Positions 18,901 to 28,829 of a stretch of DNA of 64,000 bases are shown here, in pieces. Source of the stretch: an uncultured delta proteobacterium. GTDB taxonomy: Bacteria > Myxococcota_A > Polyangia > Polyangiales > Polyangiaceae. Location: NCBI GenBank assembly GCA_963782055.1, contig CAWAIF010000003.1, positions 160,001-224,000 on the forward strand. Direction: 5' to 3'. The notes under the pieces are model-generated. The model did not search any database and had not been told where the DNA came from. It worked only from the letters and a program-made list of their open reading frames with translations. Positions within the stretch are counted from its first letter, which is position 1; each line of letters starts with the position of its first letter. The position numbers and the translations under genes were made by a program.

Positions 18901-19539
18901 CTAGCCACGCGAGGCCTTCTCCGCGTGGCCGCTCTGGCCCATCCGCGAAGAGAGCACCTCGAGCACGTCGCGCAGGGGCACGTCGCGCTGGCGCAGCGCG
19001 ACCAGCGCGTGGAAGAGCAGGTCGGCGGCCTCGCTGGCGACGCGCTCGTCGCTCTCGCCCGCGACCGCGCGGGCCAGCTCGTCCGCTTCCTCTCGCAGCT
19101 TGGCGCCGATCTTCTCCGCGCCGCCATCGTAGAGGCTGCGGGTGTAGCTGGCCTCGCCGCTGCTGGTCTTGCGCGACTCGAGCACACGCTCCAGCCGCCC
19201 GAGGAGGGTGACCGGCTCGGCCTCGCGCACGCCGCCGTCGCCCATCTCGCGGAAGAAGCAGGACTCCGCGCCGGTGTGGCAGCTCGGACCGTGCGGGCGC
19301 GCGGCGTAGATCAGGGTGTCCTCGTCGCAGTCCACCAGCACGCGGCCTACCTCGATCGTGTTGCCGCTGGTCTCCCCCTTCTCCCAGAGGGCGTCGCGCG
19401 AGCGCGAGAAGAAGGTGGCGCGGCCGCGCTCGCGGGTGCGCCGCACGGCCTCCTCGTTCGCCCACGCCACCATCCTCACCTCGCCGGTGAGCTCGTCCTG
19501 CACCACCACGGGCACCAGGCCTCGATCGTCGAAATTCAT
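18901..19539 (-). CDS. hisIE: bifunctional phosphoribosyl-AMP cyclohydrolase / phosphoribosyl-ATP pyrophosphatase
   Basis: SRSR..LWEKGETSGN, DCDEDT, CHTGAESCF, SYT, K..EEA.E, EAADLLFH. Confidence 0.97.
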   Translation of the reverse strand: MNFDDRGLVPVVVQDELTGEVRMVAWANEEAVRRTRERGRATFFSRSRDALWEKGETSGNTIEVGRVLVDCDEDTLIYAARPHGPSCHTGAESCFFREMGDGGVREAEPVTLLGRLERVLESRKTSSGEASYTRSLYDGGAEKIGAKLREEADELARAVAGESDERVASEAADLLFHALVALRQRDVPLRDVLEVLSSRMGQSGHAEKASRG

Positions 19540-19608
19540 TCGGTTTCTTCCTCTGCAGCCCCCAAGCTACACCGGCAGACCCTGCCCCGCCGCAGCCGGA
19601 AAGCCCGT

Positions 19609-19638
19609 TTGACACCCTTTCTCCGCCTTACGTATCCT
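19609..19638 (+). promoter_or_regulatory. sigma70-type promoter
   Basis: TTGACA-N18-TATCCT ending 77 bp upstream of ATG 19716. Confidence 0.6.
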
Positions 19639-19715
19639 GTCAGCCCGGCGCGGAAGTCTTCGCCGCGCCTATCATTTCCCTGCGCCTCGGGGTCGAGGCG
19701 GGAGAGTCACCACGC

Positions 19716-22097
19716 ATGGGGACCAAGGTTCTGGTGTTCGAGAGCGACGCGGCCTTCGCGGGAGAGCTCAAGACGGAGCTCGGCAAGCTCGGATGCACGG
19801 TCGCCGTCGTGGACGACGGCAACGCCGGCCTCCAGCAGGCCGCCAGCGACAAGCCCGACCTGATCCTCCTGTCCATCGAGCTGCCGCGGATGAACGGCTT
19901 CTCGGTGTGCAACAAGCTGAAGAAGGACGCGAGCCTCAAGGAAATCCCGCTCGTCATCATGTCGAGCGAGTCGAGCGACGAGACGTTCGAGCAGCACCGC
20001 AAGCTGCGCACGCGCGCCGAGGACTACGTCCACAAGCCCATCGCCTTCGGCGAGCTGCTCCGCCACATCCAGAGCTTCGTGGAGCTTGGTGGGGAGCCGG
20101 CGCCGGTCAGCGAGGGCATCGTCATCGACGACGAGATCCAGATCTCCAGCATCGACATGGAGGACGAGGGCACGCAGGTGGTGGAGAGGGCCGCGCCGCC
20201 GGCGGCGGGCCGCCGGTCGAGCGCGCCGCCGCCCATGAACGTGGACGCCGACGTCGACGCCTTCATCGACGCAGGCTTCGGCAAGCTGACCTCGGCGGAC
20301 CCCAGCAACGGCGCGTCCGTCGCCGCCGAGGCGAAGCGCAGGAGCGCGGCCCCGCCGCCCCTGCCGGTGGACGCCGGGCGCATCGCGCACCTGGAGAAGG
20401 AGCTGATGGAGGCCCGCGAGGAGGCCTCGAAACTCCGCGCCGACTTCGACACCCGCATCGAGGCCGAGCAGAAGAAGATGGACGCGGAGATGGACGAGCT
20501 TCGCACCAAGCTCGCCAGCGCGGGCAACAAGGGCGGCGTGTCCAGCCGCGAGTTCCTCGACCTGCGCGAGAACCTCAACAAGAAGGACAAGGAGATCCTC
20601 GCCCTCAAGGAGGCCGCGTCCAAGAAGGACAAGGAGGTCTTCGACACGCGCGACAAGATGCTCGCGCTGGAGCGTCTGAAGGCCGACCTCGACGATCGCA
20701 TCATCGCCGTCGAGCGCGAGCTGGAGGAGGCGAAGGAGAAGGTCGAGACCCTGGGTCGGGACAAGGACCAGGCGAAGAAGGCCTCCGAGGACTTCAAGGG
20801 GCGGCTGCAGAAGACGCAGGCCGACCTGGAGGCGCGCACGACGGAGCTGGAAGAGGCGCGCGACCGCATGAAGGAGGAGGCGGCCGCGCACGAGGCCGCC
20901 GTCGCCGCGGCGCGCAGCGAGCACGAGCAGGCCATGGCGCGCGCCCTCTCCGAGAAGGAGGAGGGGATCGCCCAGGCGGAGGCGGCGAAGACCGCGGCGC
21001 TCGACGAGGCCGCGCGCGAGAAGGAGACCGCGCTCGCCGAGGCGGCGACGCACGAGGCCGAGGCCCTCGCCGCGAAGGAGGCCGCGCTCAAGGTGGAGAG
21101 CGACGGCAAGCTCGCCTCGCTCCACCGGGCGCACCAGGACGAGATTGGCAAGGTCAAGGCGGAGCACGCGCAGGAGATCGAGAGCCTCGGCGCGCGTCAC
21201 TCGAGCGAGACAGCGCTCGCGCAGGCGAGCCACGAGGAGGCGCTGGAGGAGGCGAAGCAGCAGGCCGCAGCCCAGCTCGCCGCGCGCGAGGCGGAGCTCC
21301 TGGCGAAGGGCGCGTCGGACGTCGCGGCGGTCGAGCAGGATCGCGAGGAGAAGCTGGCGGCGCTCGCGCGGGATCGCGACGAGAAGGTGGCCGCAGCGGA
21401 GGCGGACCGCGACGCGAAGGTGGCGGCCGCCGAGTCGGATCGTGACGAGCGCGTCGCCGCCACGGAGAAGGACCGTGACGAGCGCGTCGCCGCGCTGGAG
21501 GCCGCGCACGCCGAGAAGGTGGCGGCGACGGAGAAGGACCGCGACGAGCGCATCGCCGCGCTGGAGGCGGACCGCGACGCCCGGGTCGCCGCGCTGGAGG
21601 CGGACCGCGAGGAGAAGATCGCGGCGGTGGAGGCGGACCGCGAGGAGAAGCTCACCGCCCTCGCCAGAGACCGCGACGAGAAGCTGGCCGAGCTGCTCAA
21701 GGAGCGCGACGAGACCGTCGGCGGCCTGGAGGCGGAGCTCACCAAGGTGCGCGGTGAGCTCGCCGCGCTGGACGAGCAGAAGCAGGCGACCGACGCGTCC
21801 AACGCGGCGCGCATCGCCGAGCTGGAGCAGCGGGTCACCGAGCTGACCGCGGCCAAGGAAGGGCTGGAGGTCGAGCTCCGGCAGGCCAGGGATCGCGTCG
21901 TGCTCCTGGAAGCGGAGCTCGCGGCGCAGCGCGGGGAGACCGCCGAGACGAAGGACCGGCTCGCCACCGAGACGGCGCGCGCCGACAAGGCGTACGCGAA
22001 GTGGGAGGCCGACCACGCGTCGCTCGAGCGCGCGAAGGACGCCCTGGCGGTGGTGCTCGGCCAGATCGAAGAGGCCGAGGGTCGCTCCATCTCCTGA
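19716..22097 (+). CDS. pseudo-receiver plus long coiled-coil protein, AglZ-like
   Basis: REC domain with Ser at the phosphoacceptor position (DLILLSIELP); long E/K/A-rich coiled coil. Confidence 0.8.
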   Translation: MGTKVLVFESDAAFAGELKTELGKLGCTVAVVDDGNAGLQQAASDKPDLILLSIELPRMNGFSVCNKLKKDASLKEIPLVIMSSESSDETFEQHRKLRTRAEDYVHKPIAFGELLRHIQSFVELGGEPAPVSEGIVIDDEIQISSIDMEDEGTQVVERAAPPAAGRRSSAPPPMNVDADVDAFIDAGFGKLTSADPSNGASVAAEAKRRSAAPPPLPVDAGRIAHLEKELMEAREEASKLRADFDTRIEAEQKKMDAEMDELRTKLASAGNKGGVSSREFLDLRENLNKKDKEILALKEAASKKDKEVFDTRDKMLALERLKADLDDRIIAVERELEEAKEKVETLGRDKDQAKKASEDFKGRLQKTQADLEARTTELEEARDRMKEEAAAHEAAVAAARSEHEQAMARALSEKEEGIAQAEAAKTAALDEAAREKETALAEAATHEAEALAAKEAALKVESDGKLASLHRAHQDEIGKVKAEHAQEIESLGARHSSETALAQASHEEALEEAKQQAAAQLAAREAELLAKGASDVAAVEQDREEKLAALARDRDEKVAAAEADRDAKVAAAESDRDERVAATEKDRDERVAALEAAHAEKVAATEKDRDERIAALEADRDARVAALEADREEKIAAVEADREEKLTALARDRDEKLAELLKERDETVGGLEAELTKVRGELAALDEQKQATDASNAARIAELEQRVTELTAAKEGLEVELRQARDRVVLLEAELAAQRGETAETKDRLATETARADKAYAKWEADHASLERAKDALAVVLGQIEEAEGRSIS
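21339..21734 (+). repeat. in-frame 33-bp (11-aa) tandem repeat, about 12 units
   Basis: DRDEKVAAAEA / DRDERVAATEK / DREEKIAAVEA etc. Confidence 0.85.
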
Positions 22098-22122
22098 GCC
22101 CCGGCTCAGGGCGGGCGACGCG

Positions 22123-23451
22123 TCACAGCCGCGCGCGTGCGCGGAGCCGGTGTGCCTGCGTCCGCGCGCGGGCGAGCACGGCCTCGCGGTCCAGCGTCTG
22201 GTGCTCGCCTTCCTTCACCAGGACGCGTCCGTCGACCAGCACGTGGCGCACGTCGCTCGACTTGCACGCGTAGACCAGGCGCGACGGCAGGTCGCCGCCC
22301 GGCTCGGCGTGCGGGCCGTCGACGCGAACCACCGCGAGGTCGGCGCGCTTGCCCTCCTCGACCGAGCCGATCTCCACGTCCAGGCCGAGCGCGCGGGCAC
22401 CGTCGATGGTGGCGAGTCGCAGGGCGCGCCTCGCGGGCAGCGAGGTCGTGCCCGAGCGGACCTTGGCGAGCAGCGCGGCGTGGCGCAGCTCCTGCCAGGG
22501 GTCCAGGTCGTTGTTGCAGGGGGCGCCGTCGCAGCCGATGGCGAGCTGCACGCCCAACGCGTCGAGCTCGGCCACGCGCGCGATGCCGGAGCCGAGCTTG
22601 AGGTTGGCGCTCGGGCAGTGGACCACCCGGGTGCCGTCACGCGCGATGCCGCGCGCCTCCTCGTCGTTGAGCTGGACGCCGTGGGCGAGGATCGCGCCCT
22701 CGCCGCGCACGCCCCACGCGCGAAGGATCGCGACGTCGTCGTCGCCGAGGGCCGCCCGCACCGCCTCCCGCTCGCCGGCGTGCTCCGCCGCGTGGGTGTG
22801 GACGAGCACGCCGTGGTGCGCGGCGCGGCGCGCCGTCTCCCGCACGAGCTGCTCGGAGCAGGAGAGGACGAAGCGCGGCGCGTACGCGTAGCGCAGGCGC
22901 CCGCCGCCCTTGCCGTGCCAGTCGCGAAGGAGCCTGTCGCTCTCCGCCAGGCTGGCGCGCGTGGACTCGCGCAGGCCTCTCGGCACGCCCTCCCCGGCGT
23001 CCATCATCGCCTTGCCGCTGGTGGCGCGCACGCCGGAGCGCAGGCACGCCGCCATGACCGCGTCGTGGCCGTGCACGGTGCCCATGTCCAGGATGGTGGT
23101 CGTCCCGGCGAGCGTCATCTCGAGCAGGCCCAGCTCGGCGCTGGCGCGCAGGCTCGCCTCGTCGTGGGCGGCCTCCAGCGGCCAGATGCGCTCCTTCAGC
23201 CAGGCCAGCAGCGGCAGGTCGTCGGCCATGCCACGAAAGAGGGCCTGGCAGAGGTGGACGTGCGCCTGGACCAGGCCAGGCAGGACCGCGCAGCCGGTGG
23301 CGTCGAGGACCCGTGCGGGCTTCGACGCACCGCGGCGTGCCTCCGGGCCGACGGCGGCGATGCGGCCGCGCCGCACGAGCACGTCCCCGGCGAAGATCGT
23401 GTCGTCCGCGTCGCAGGTGACGACGGTGCCGCCCGAAATGAGGATGTCCAC
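22123..23451 (-). CDS. amidohydrolase, 5'-deoxyadenosine/MTA-SAH deaminase family
   Basis: PGLVQAHVHLCQ, HTHAAE, LAHGV, HCPSANLKLGSG, GCDGAPCNN. Confidence 0.9.
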   Translation of the reverse strand: MDILISGGTVVTCDADDTIFAGDVLVRRGRIAAVGPEARRGASKPARVLDATGCAVLPGLVQAHVHLCQALFRGMADDLPLLAWLKERIWPLEAAHDEASLRASAELGLLEMTLAGTTTILDMGTVHGHDAVMAACLRSGVRATSGKAMMDAGEGVPRGLRESTRASLAESDRLLRDWHGKGGGRLRYAYAPRFVLSCSEQLVRETARRAAHHGVLVHTHAAEHAGEREAVRAALGDDDVAILRAWGVRGEGAILAHGVQLNDEEARGIARDGTRVVHCPSANLKLGSGIARVAELDALGVQLAIGCDGAPCNNDLDPWQELRHAALLAKVRSGTTSLPARRALRLATIDGARALGLDVEIGSVEEGKRADLAVVRVDGPHAEPGGDLPSRLVYACKSSDVRHVLVDGRVLVKEGEHQTLDREAVLARARTQAHRLRARARL

Positions 23452-23549
23452 GTGGGACGGTCGTACCACAGTTCGTGGGCGGCCCAGGTACGTGGCGGGC
23501 TCGCGGCCATTGGCTGCCGGTCCTTGGTAGAATAGAAAGACCAGCCCCG

Positions 23550-24947
23550 ATGCCTCACCGGATCCTCGTCGTCGACGACAGCGCGACCCTGCGCAAGGTG
23601 GTCTGCTCCATCCTCGCGCGGCACGGGTTCGATGCGCACGCGGCGGGCGACGGGCAGACGGCGATCGAGGCGCTCTCCGCGGCCGAGCAGCCCTTCGACC
23701 TGGTGCTGCTCGACTTCGTCATGCCGAAGATGAACGGCTTCCAGTTCTGCCGCGCCATCCGCGCGCGCGAGGAGTGGAAGACGCTGCCGGTGCTCCTGAT
23801 GAGCGCCAAGACGGACAAGATCCGCGAGCAGTTCGTCCAGCAGACGCGCGCGGTGGACGCCATCACCAAGCCGTTCGACGCGGCGGCGCTCGTCGCGGTG
23901 GTGGAGAACGCGCTGAAGCGGGTGGAGCAGGGGCTCGTCTCGCCGATGCCGTCGCTGGTCCTCGACGAGACGGACCTCCCGCTCTCCACCCGCACCCCGG
24001 CGATGCGCGAGGAGAGCGCCATCCGCGCGCGCGCCGCCGCGGAGTTCGCCGCCCGCCTCGCCAACGTGATCGCGCCGGTCCTGGCCGCGCTGCCGCGGGA
24101 CGCGGACGAGCCGCGGGTGATGCAGGCGCTGGCGCAGAAGCTCTCCACCGACACGCTGGTGGACCTGGCGAGCGCGCTGCGCAGCGTCGACTTCGGGGAG
24201 AAGACCCGCGTGGTGCTGGGCGGCAGCGTCGGCGCCATTCCCATCGGCGCGGTGCTCCAGCTCCTGCAGATGGAGGGGCAGACCGGCACGCTGAGCATCT
24301 GGAACGCCAGCCGCGAGATGAGCATCCACATGCGCGGCGGCCTGGTGGACCTGGTCCAGTCGAAGGGCGCGGGCGACGAGTTCCGTCTCGGACGCTTCTT
24401 CCTCCAGGAGGGCCTGGTCACCGAGGACCAGATCGAGGACCTGGTGCAGAGCTCGCGGCGCGGTGCGGACAGCGGCAAGGCGAAGCTCCTCGGCGACCTG
24501 CTGGTGGAGTCCGGCCGCGTGACCGAGGCGCAGCTCGAGGAGGCGCTCACCCGGCAGTCCAGCGAGCTCATCTACGAGCTGCTGCGCTGGCAGGCGGGCC
24601 GCTTCGAGTTCCAGCAGGGCGGCGTGAGCGAGCTCGCCGAGAGCGCGCGTCTGGCGATGCCCGTCGCGTCGGTCGTGATGGAGGGCTTCCGTCGCGTCGA
24701 CGAGTGGCGCGTCATCGAGGCGAAGCTGGGCAGCTTCGACGCCGTGCTGCTCCCCGACCCGGCGTCGCTGGACACCATGGGCGGCAACGAGAAGCTGGCG
24801 CGCCCCGAGCGCGCGGTGCTGGAGGCCATCGACGGCGAGCGCACGGTGCGCGAGGTCATCGCGGCGAGCCACCTCTCCAGCTTCGACGCGTGCCGCATCC
24901 TCTTCCAGCTCCTGGAGGCGCGCCTGGTGCGGCGGCGCGCCGCATGA
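23550..24947 (+). CDS. response regulator, REC plus DUF4388 (PATAN-like) with MshEN-like motifs
   Basis: ILVVDDS, LLDFVMPKMNG, TKPF; VLQLLQMEGQTGTL; RLGRFFLQEGLVTEDQI and LLGDLLVESGRVTEAQLEEALTRQ. Confidence 0.9.
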   Translation: MPHRILVVDDSATLRKVVCSILARHGFDAHAAGDGQTAIEALSAAEQPFDLVLLDFVMPKMNGFQFCRAIRAREEWKTLPVLLMSAKTDKIREQFVQQTRAVDAITKPFDAAALVAVVENALKRVEQGLVSPMPSLVLDETDLPLSTRTPAMREESAIRARAAAEFAARLANVIAPVLAALPRDADEPRVMQALAQKLSTDTLVDLASALRSVDFGEKTRVVLGGSVGAIPIGAVLQLLQMEGQTGTLSIWNASREMSIHMRGGLVDLVQSKGAGDEFRLGRFFLQEGLVTEDQIEDLVQSSRRGADSGKAKLLGDLLVESGRVTEAQLEEALTRQSSELIYELLRWQAGRFEFQQGGVSELAESARLAMPVASVVMEGFRRVDEWRVIEAKLGSFDAVLLPDPASLDTMGGNEKLARPERAVLEAIDGERTVREVIAASHLSSFDACRILFQLLEARLVRRRAA

Positions 24948-25342
24948 CCTCGCCCGCCAAGCGCGCGGGGGTGGTGGTGCGCGGCAAGGAGCTCGCCTTC
25001 CTCCCGGTCGCCGCCGTGGTGCGCATCGTGCCGATGCCCCCCGTATCGCGCGTGCCCGGGTCACCGGGCGGCCTCCTCGGCATCGCGCAGGAGGGCGGAG
25101 ACATCGTGCCGGTGGTCGCCGCCGACGAGGCCGCGCCGGGCGTCTCCACCGCGCTCTTGGTGTGCACCCATCAGGGGGACCTCATCGGCCTCGCCGGGCT
25201 GGAGGTCGTCCAGGTGGGCGTGTTCGAGTGCGACGCCGACGGCGTGCGGCTCGACGAGCGCGGCCGCGTGCCCCTGTTCGACCTCGCGCCCATCGTCGAG
25301 CGCCTCGCCGGCACCGCGTGGGCGCGCCGGTGGGCCGGATAG
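24944..25342 (+). CDS. CheW-like protein
   Basis: LPVAAVVRIV..SRVPGSPGGLLGI..GDIVPVV; ATGA overlap with the upstream gene. Confidence 0.8.
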   Translation: MTSPAKRAGVVVRGKELAFLPVAAVVRIVPMPPVSRVPGSPGGLLGIAQEGGDIVPVVAADEAAPGVSTALLVCTHQGDLIGLAGLEVVQVGVFECDADGVRLDERGRVPLFDLAPIVERLAGTAWARRWAG

Positions 25343-25379
25343 CGCGGCCGTACCGCCAAACTCGGCTATCATCCTCGCG

Positions 25380-26186
25380 ATGGCCGAGAGCCAGCCGAAA
25401 GGCACCCAGCCGAAGGGCAACCGCTTCTTCAAGCTCCTGCGCCGCGGCGGCGGCAAGGGCGCGAAGGCCCAGCGCTCCGTCGCCGACGACGGCGCGCTCT
25501 GGGCGGCGCACGACCGCGCGACGGGCGCGGCGCACACGGCGGGGGAGGCGACGCACCGCATCGCCACCAGCGTGGCGAAGCAGCGCAGCTCCATCGACGC
25601 CGCCGCCGACCAGGCGCGCACCATCCGCGCGCGCGGCGACGACTCCGAGCGCACCCTCGCCCGCGTCGCCGACACCTTCGAGCGCCTCTCGCTGGTGGCG
25701 CTCAACGCCGGGCTGGAGGGCGTGCGCCTGGGCGATGTCGTCGGCCGCCCGCTGTCGCTGGTGAGCGACGACGTGCGCGGCCACGCCGAGCGCGGGGCGG
25801 AGACCGTGCGCGAGCTCACCCTGGCGCTGCGCGACACGCTGCGCGAGCTGGGCGCCATCGCCGAGCGCTTCGACGACGCGCGCGCGCAGGCGGCGGAGAT
25901 CGCCCAGGAGGTGGCGAAGGCGCAGACCGCCTCCTCCGAGGGCGAGCGCGCGCTCGGCGAGCTGGGCGACCGCATGCGCAAGGCCACCGGGACCGACCCG
26001 GAGACGGCCAAGGCCATCGCGCAGGCGACGGAGCACGCGCGCGCCCTCGTCACCGCGCTGGGCGCGCTGAGCGGCCGCGTCCCGCGCGCCCTGCTCACGT
26101 CCGCGCTGCGGCCCATGCTCGAGCCGCTGGTGCGCGCCCTCTTCGAGGACGAGCTCGCCGACGACGACGGGGCGGACGCGCCTTGA
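25380..26186 (+). CDS. soluble, degenerate MCP signalling-domain protein
   Basis: LSLVALNAGLEGVRLG..GRPLSLVSDDVRGHAER is a degenerate MCP hairpin tip; no TM segment. Confidence 0.75.
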   Translation: MAESQPKGTQPKGNRFFKLLRRGGGKGAKAQRSVADDGALWAAHDRATGAAHTAGEATHRIATSVAKQRSSIDAAADQARTIRARGDDSERTLARVADTFERLSLVALNAGLEGVRLGDVVGRPLSLVSDDVRGHAERGAETVRELTLALRDTLRELGAIAERFDDARAQAAEIAQEVAKAQTASSEGERALGELGDRMRKATGTDPETAKAIAQATEHARALVTALGALSGRVPRALLTSALRPMLEPLVRALFEDELADDDGADAP

Positions 26187-28216
26187 GCGAGCGTGATCCC
26201 GAGCTCGGGCGCCTGCTCCTGCTCGAGCTCGGGCGCCACCTGCCCGCGCTGGAGAACGACCCGCCCGACCTGGACGAGAGCCGCCGCGCGGTGCACGCGC
26301 TCAAGGGATCCGCGGGCCTCGCCGGCCGCCACGAGCTCGCCGCGGAGCTGCTCGCGGTGGAGCGGCGCATCCAGTCCGGCGACGCCTCGGCGGTGCGCGA
26401 GGCGGGGTCGGTGGTGCGTCGCGCGCAGGAGCGCCTGCTGCTCGGCGAGGAGGAGACGACATCGTGGCCGGAGCCGCCGCCCACGCTCAAGCCCTGCGCG
26501 GTCGACGCGACGCTCCGACCCTCCTACGTCGCCGAGCTGAAGGATCGCCTGGCCGGCATCGACGAGGCGCTGAGCGGCACGCTGGGCCCGATCGAGTCCG
26601 TCGCGCTCGCCTTCCGTCACGTGCACACGATGAAGGGCGCCGCGAGCGCGGTGGGCGACGAGCTCGTCGCGTGGTTCTGTCACGGCCTGGAGGAGCGCCT
26701 GCGGCCGGCCACTCTCGGCCCGAAGGCGGCGCTCGCGGCGCTGGAGGAGCTCGCGCGGTGGCGCGGCGTGCTCGGCGGGTTGCTGGACGACCCGGAGAGC
26801 ACCGTCCACGCGCTCCGCGTCTCGGCGCGGCCGCGCGGCGCGGCGCCGTCCGCGCACCCCACGCGCCCTCCGGAGGACGAGCCGCGCTCGGTGGCGGGGG
26901 AGGACGCGACGATCCGCATCGCCGCCTCGTCGGTCGACAGGGTGCTCGAGCGGGTGACGGCGGTGGCGGTGGCGCGCGAGTCGATCGTGCAGGCGGCGCA
27001 GGCCTCGCTGGACCGCGCGCCCATGCTGCGCGCCCTGCGCGCCAACCTGGCGGAGGCGCTGCGACTCATCGGCCCGCCCCGACCGTGGGGCGCGCCGGCG
27101 CTGGCCATCACGCGCATCGAGCGCGTCGCCGCGCAGCTCGCCTCGCTGGGGGAGGAGCTGGAGGCGCAGGCCGACGGCGTGCGCCGCCGTGATCACGCGC
27201 TGCGGGAGAGTCTCGCCTCCGCCAAGCGCGAGCTCTCGGCGATGCGGCAGACGCCGCTGCGGCAGCTCTTCGCGCGGCTCACCATCGCCATCGAGTCGGA
27301 GGCGCGCCGCAGCGGGCGCGAGGTGATGGTGCGCACCGAGGGCGAGGGCGAGACCGTGGACCGGCGCCTGGCCGAGCAGCTCGCCGAGCCGTGCCTGCAG
27401 CTCGCGCGAAACGCCGTGGCGCACGGCATCCAGCCACCCGATTCGCGCCTGGCGCGCGGCAAGTCGCGCGCGGGCACCGTCACCCTCTCGGCGCAGAAGT
27501 CGGCGGGGCGCCTGCGGATCACCATCAACGACGACGGCGCGGGCGTGGACGTCGCGGCGGTGCGCCGGCGAGCGCTGGAGGCGGGCGCGGTGACGCCCGC
27601 GCTCGCCGAGTACGCCGACGACGACACTCTCCTCGCCCTGCTCTTCTTGCCCGGCTTCTCCACGCGCGAGACCTCCGACCTGCTCGCAGGGCGGGGCATC
27701 GGGCTGGACATCGCCCTGGCGTCGGTGCAGCGCATGGCGGGCGTCATTCGCCTCTCGAGCAAGAAGGGCGAAGGCTTCACCGCGCACGTGGAGGTGCCGG
27801 TGGAGAGCGGCCTCGCGCGAATGGTGTGGGTGGAGGTCGGCGGGGAGGAGTACGCCCTCTTCGCCTCGCGCGTGGCGTCGGTGCAGCGCAACGAGGGTCA
27901 CGCCGCCGACCTGACGCCATCGCTCGCGACGTGCCTGGACGGTCTCGCCCACCCCCGACCGCCGCTGCGACTCGACCTGGACGTGGAGAGCGAGCAGGGG
28001 CCCGCCAGCGTGGGCGTCGACCGCGTGGGGGAGGTGGAGGAGCTGCTGGTGCGGCCGCTCACGCCCCTGGTGGCGGGGCTCGGCCCCTTCGCCGGCGCGG
28101 TGCTCCGTGGAGACGGGTCGCTGCGCCTCGCGCTGGACGTGTATGCCCTTGCCCCACGTGCACGTGCATTGGGGCGTGTGGCGGAGGGGAGGCCGAGCGA
28201 TCGTCCTCGCGCTTGA
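26183..28216 (+). CDS. CheA-like histidine kinase (2x Hpt, HATPase, CheW-like)
   Basis: VHALKGSAG and VHTMKGAAS; RNAVAHGI, DDGAGVD, LFLPGFST, GRGIGLD; FAGAVLRGDGSLRLALD. Confidence 0.92.
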   Translation: MSERDPELGRLLLLELGRHLPALENDPPDLDESRRAVHALKGSAGLAGRHELAAELLAVERRIQSGDASAVREAGSVVRRAQERLLLGEEETTSWPEPPPTLKPCAVDATLRPSYVAELKDRLAGIDEALSGTLGPIESVALAFRHVHTMKGAASAVGDELVAWFCHGLEERLRPATLGPKAALAALEELARWRGVLGGLLDDPESTVHALRVSARPRGAAPSAHPTRPPEDEPRSVAGEDATIRIAASSVDRVLERVTAVAVARESIVQAAQASLDRAPMLRALRANLAEALRLIGPPRPWGAPALAITRIERVAAQLASLGEELEAQADGVRRRDHALRESLASAKRELSAMRQTPLRQLFARLTIAIESEARRSGREVMVRTEGEGETVDRRLAEQLAEPCLQLARNAVAHGIQPPDSRLARGKSRAGTVTLSAQKSAGRLRITINDDGAGVDVAAVRRRALEAGAVTPALAEYADDDTLLALLFLPGFSTRETSDLLAGRGIGLDIALASVQRMAGVIRLSSKKGEGFTAHVEVPVESGLARMVWVEVGGEEYALFASRVASVQRNEGHAADLTPSLATCLDGLAHPRPPLRLDLDVESEQGPASVGVDRVGEVEELLVRPLTPLVAGLGPFAGAVLRGDGSLRLALDVYALAPRARALGRVAEGRPSDRPRA

Positions 28217-28244
28217 CGCGCGTGACGTATACTCCTGCGCGGCC

Positions 28245-28802
28245 ATGGAAAGCCGTAGCGTGCGCGTCATCGTCGAGATCATGTCGGAGCTCGACGTGGC
28301 CGACGTGCTCGCCGTGGAGTCGGCCTCCTTCGGCCCGCGCAGCGAGCCGAAGAACGTCGGCGCGACCACCTCGCGCGACGGCGCGCGGCTCGACGAGGCG
28401 AAGCTCGCCGAGGAGCTGGCCCGTCCGTGGGCGCGCATCTGGGTGGCGCGCGGCGACGTGGGCGGGCACGCGCGCGCGGTCTCCTTCCTGCTCGCGTGGC
28501 ACGTCGCCGACGAGCTGCACGTGCTCGACGTGGCCACCCACCCCGAGTTCCGCCGCCGCGGCTTCGGCATGTCGCTGATGCAGCAGGCGCTCACCTACGC
28601 GCGGGAGAAGGACATCCGTCACCTGCTGCTGGAGGTGCGCCGCTCCAACGCAAGCGCCATCCGCCTCTACCGGAGCTGCGGCTTCTTCGCGATGGGCGTG
28701 CGCAAGGGCTACTACGCCGACGGCGAGGACGCGGTGGAGATGGTGCTGGAGCTGGACGACTCGGGCGAGGTGGTGCGCCGCCAGGACGAGATCGGCGTCT
28801 AG
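28245..28802 (+). CDS. rimI: ribosomal protein S18-alanine N-acetyltransferase
   Basis: ELHVLDVATHPEFRRRGFG, LLEVRRSNASAIRLY, RKGYY..GEDA. Confidence 0.9.
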   Translation: MESRSVRVIVEIMSELDVADVLAVESASFGPRSEPKNVGATTSRDGARLDEAKLAEELARPWARIWVARGDVGGHARAVSFLLAWHVADELHVLDVATHPEFRRRGFGMSLMQQALTYAREKDIRHLLLEVRRSNASAIRLYRSCGFFAMGVRKGYYADGEDAVEMVLELDDSGEVVRRQDEIGV

Positions 28803-28829
28803 TCCGCCCGCTGCGCGCCGCTCCTCCTG

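Noticed and set aside
28213..28233. TTGACG...TATACT as a sigma70 promoter for rimI
   Set aside because: Spacer is only 9 bp; only the -10 element is plausible
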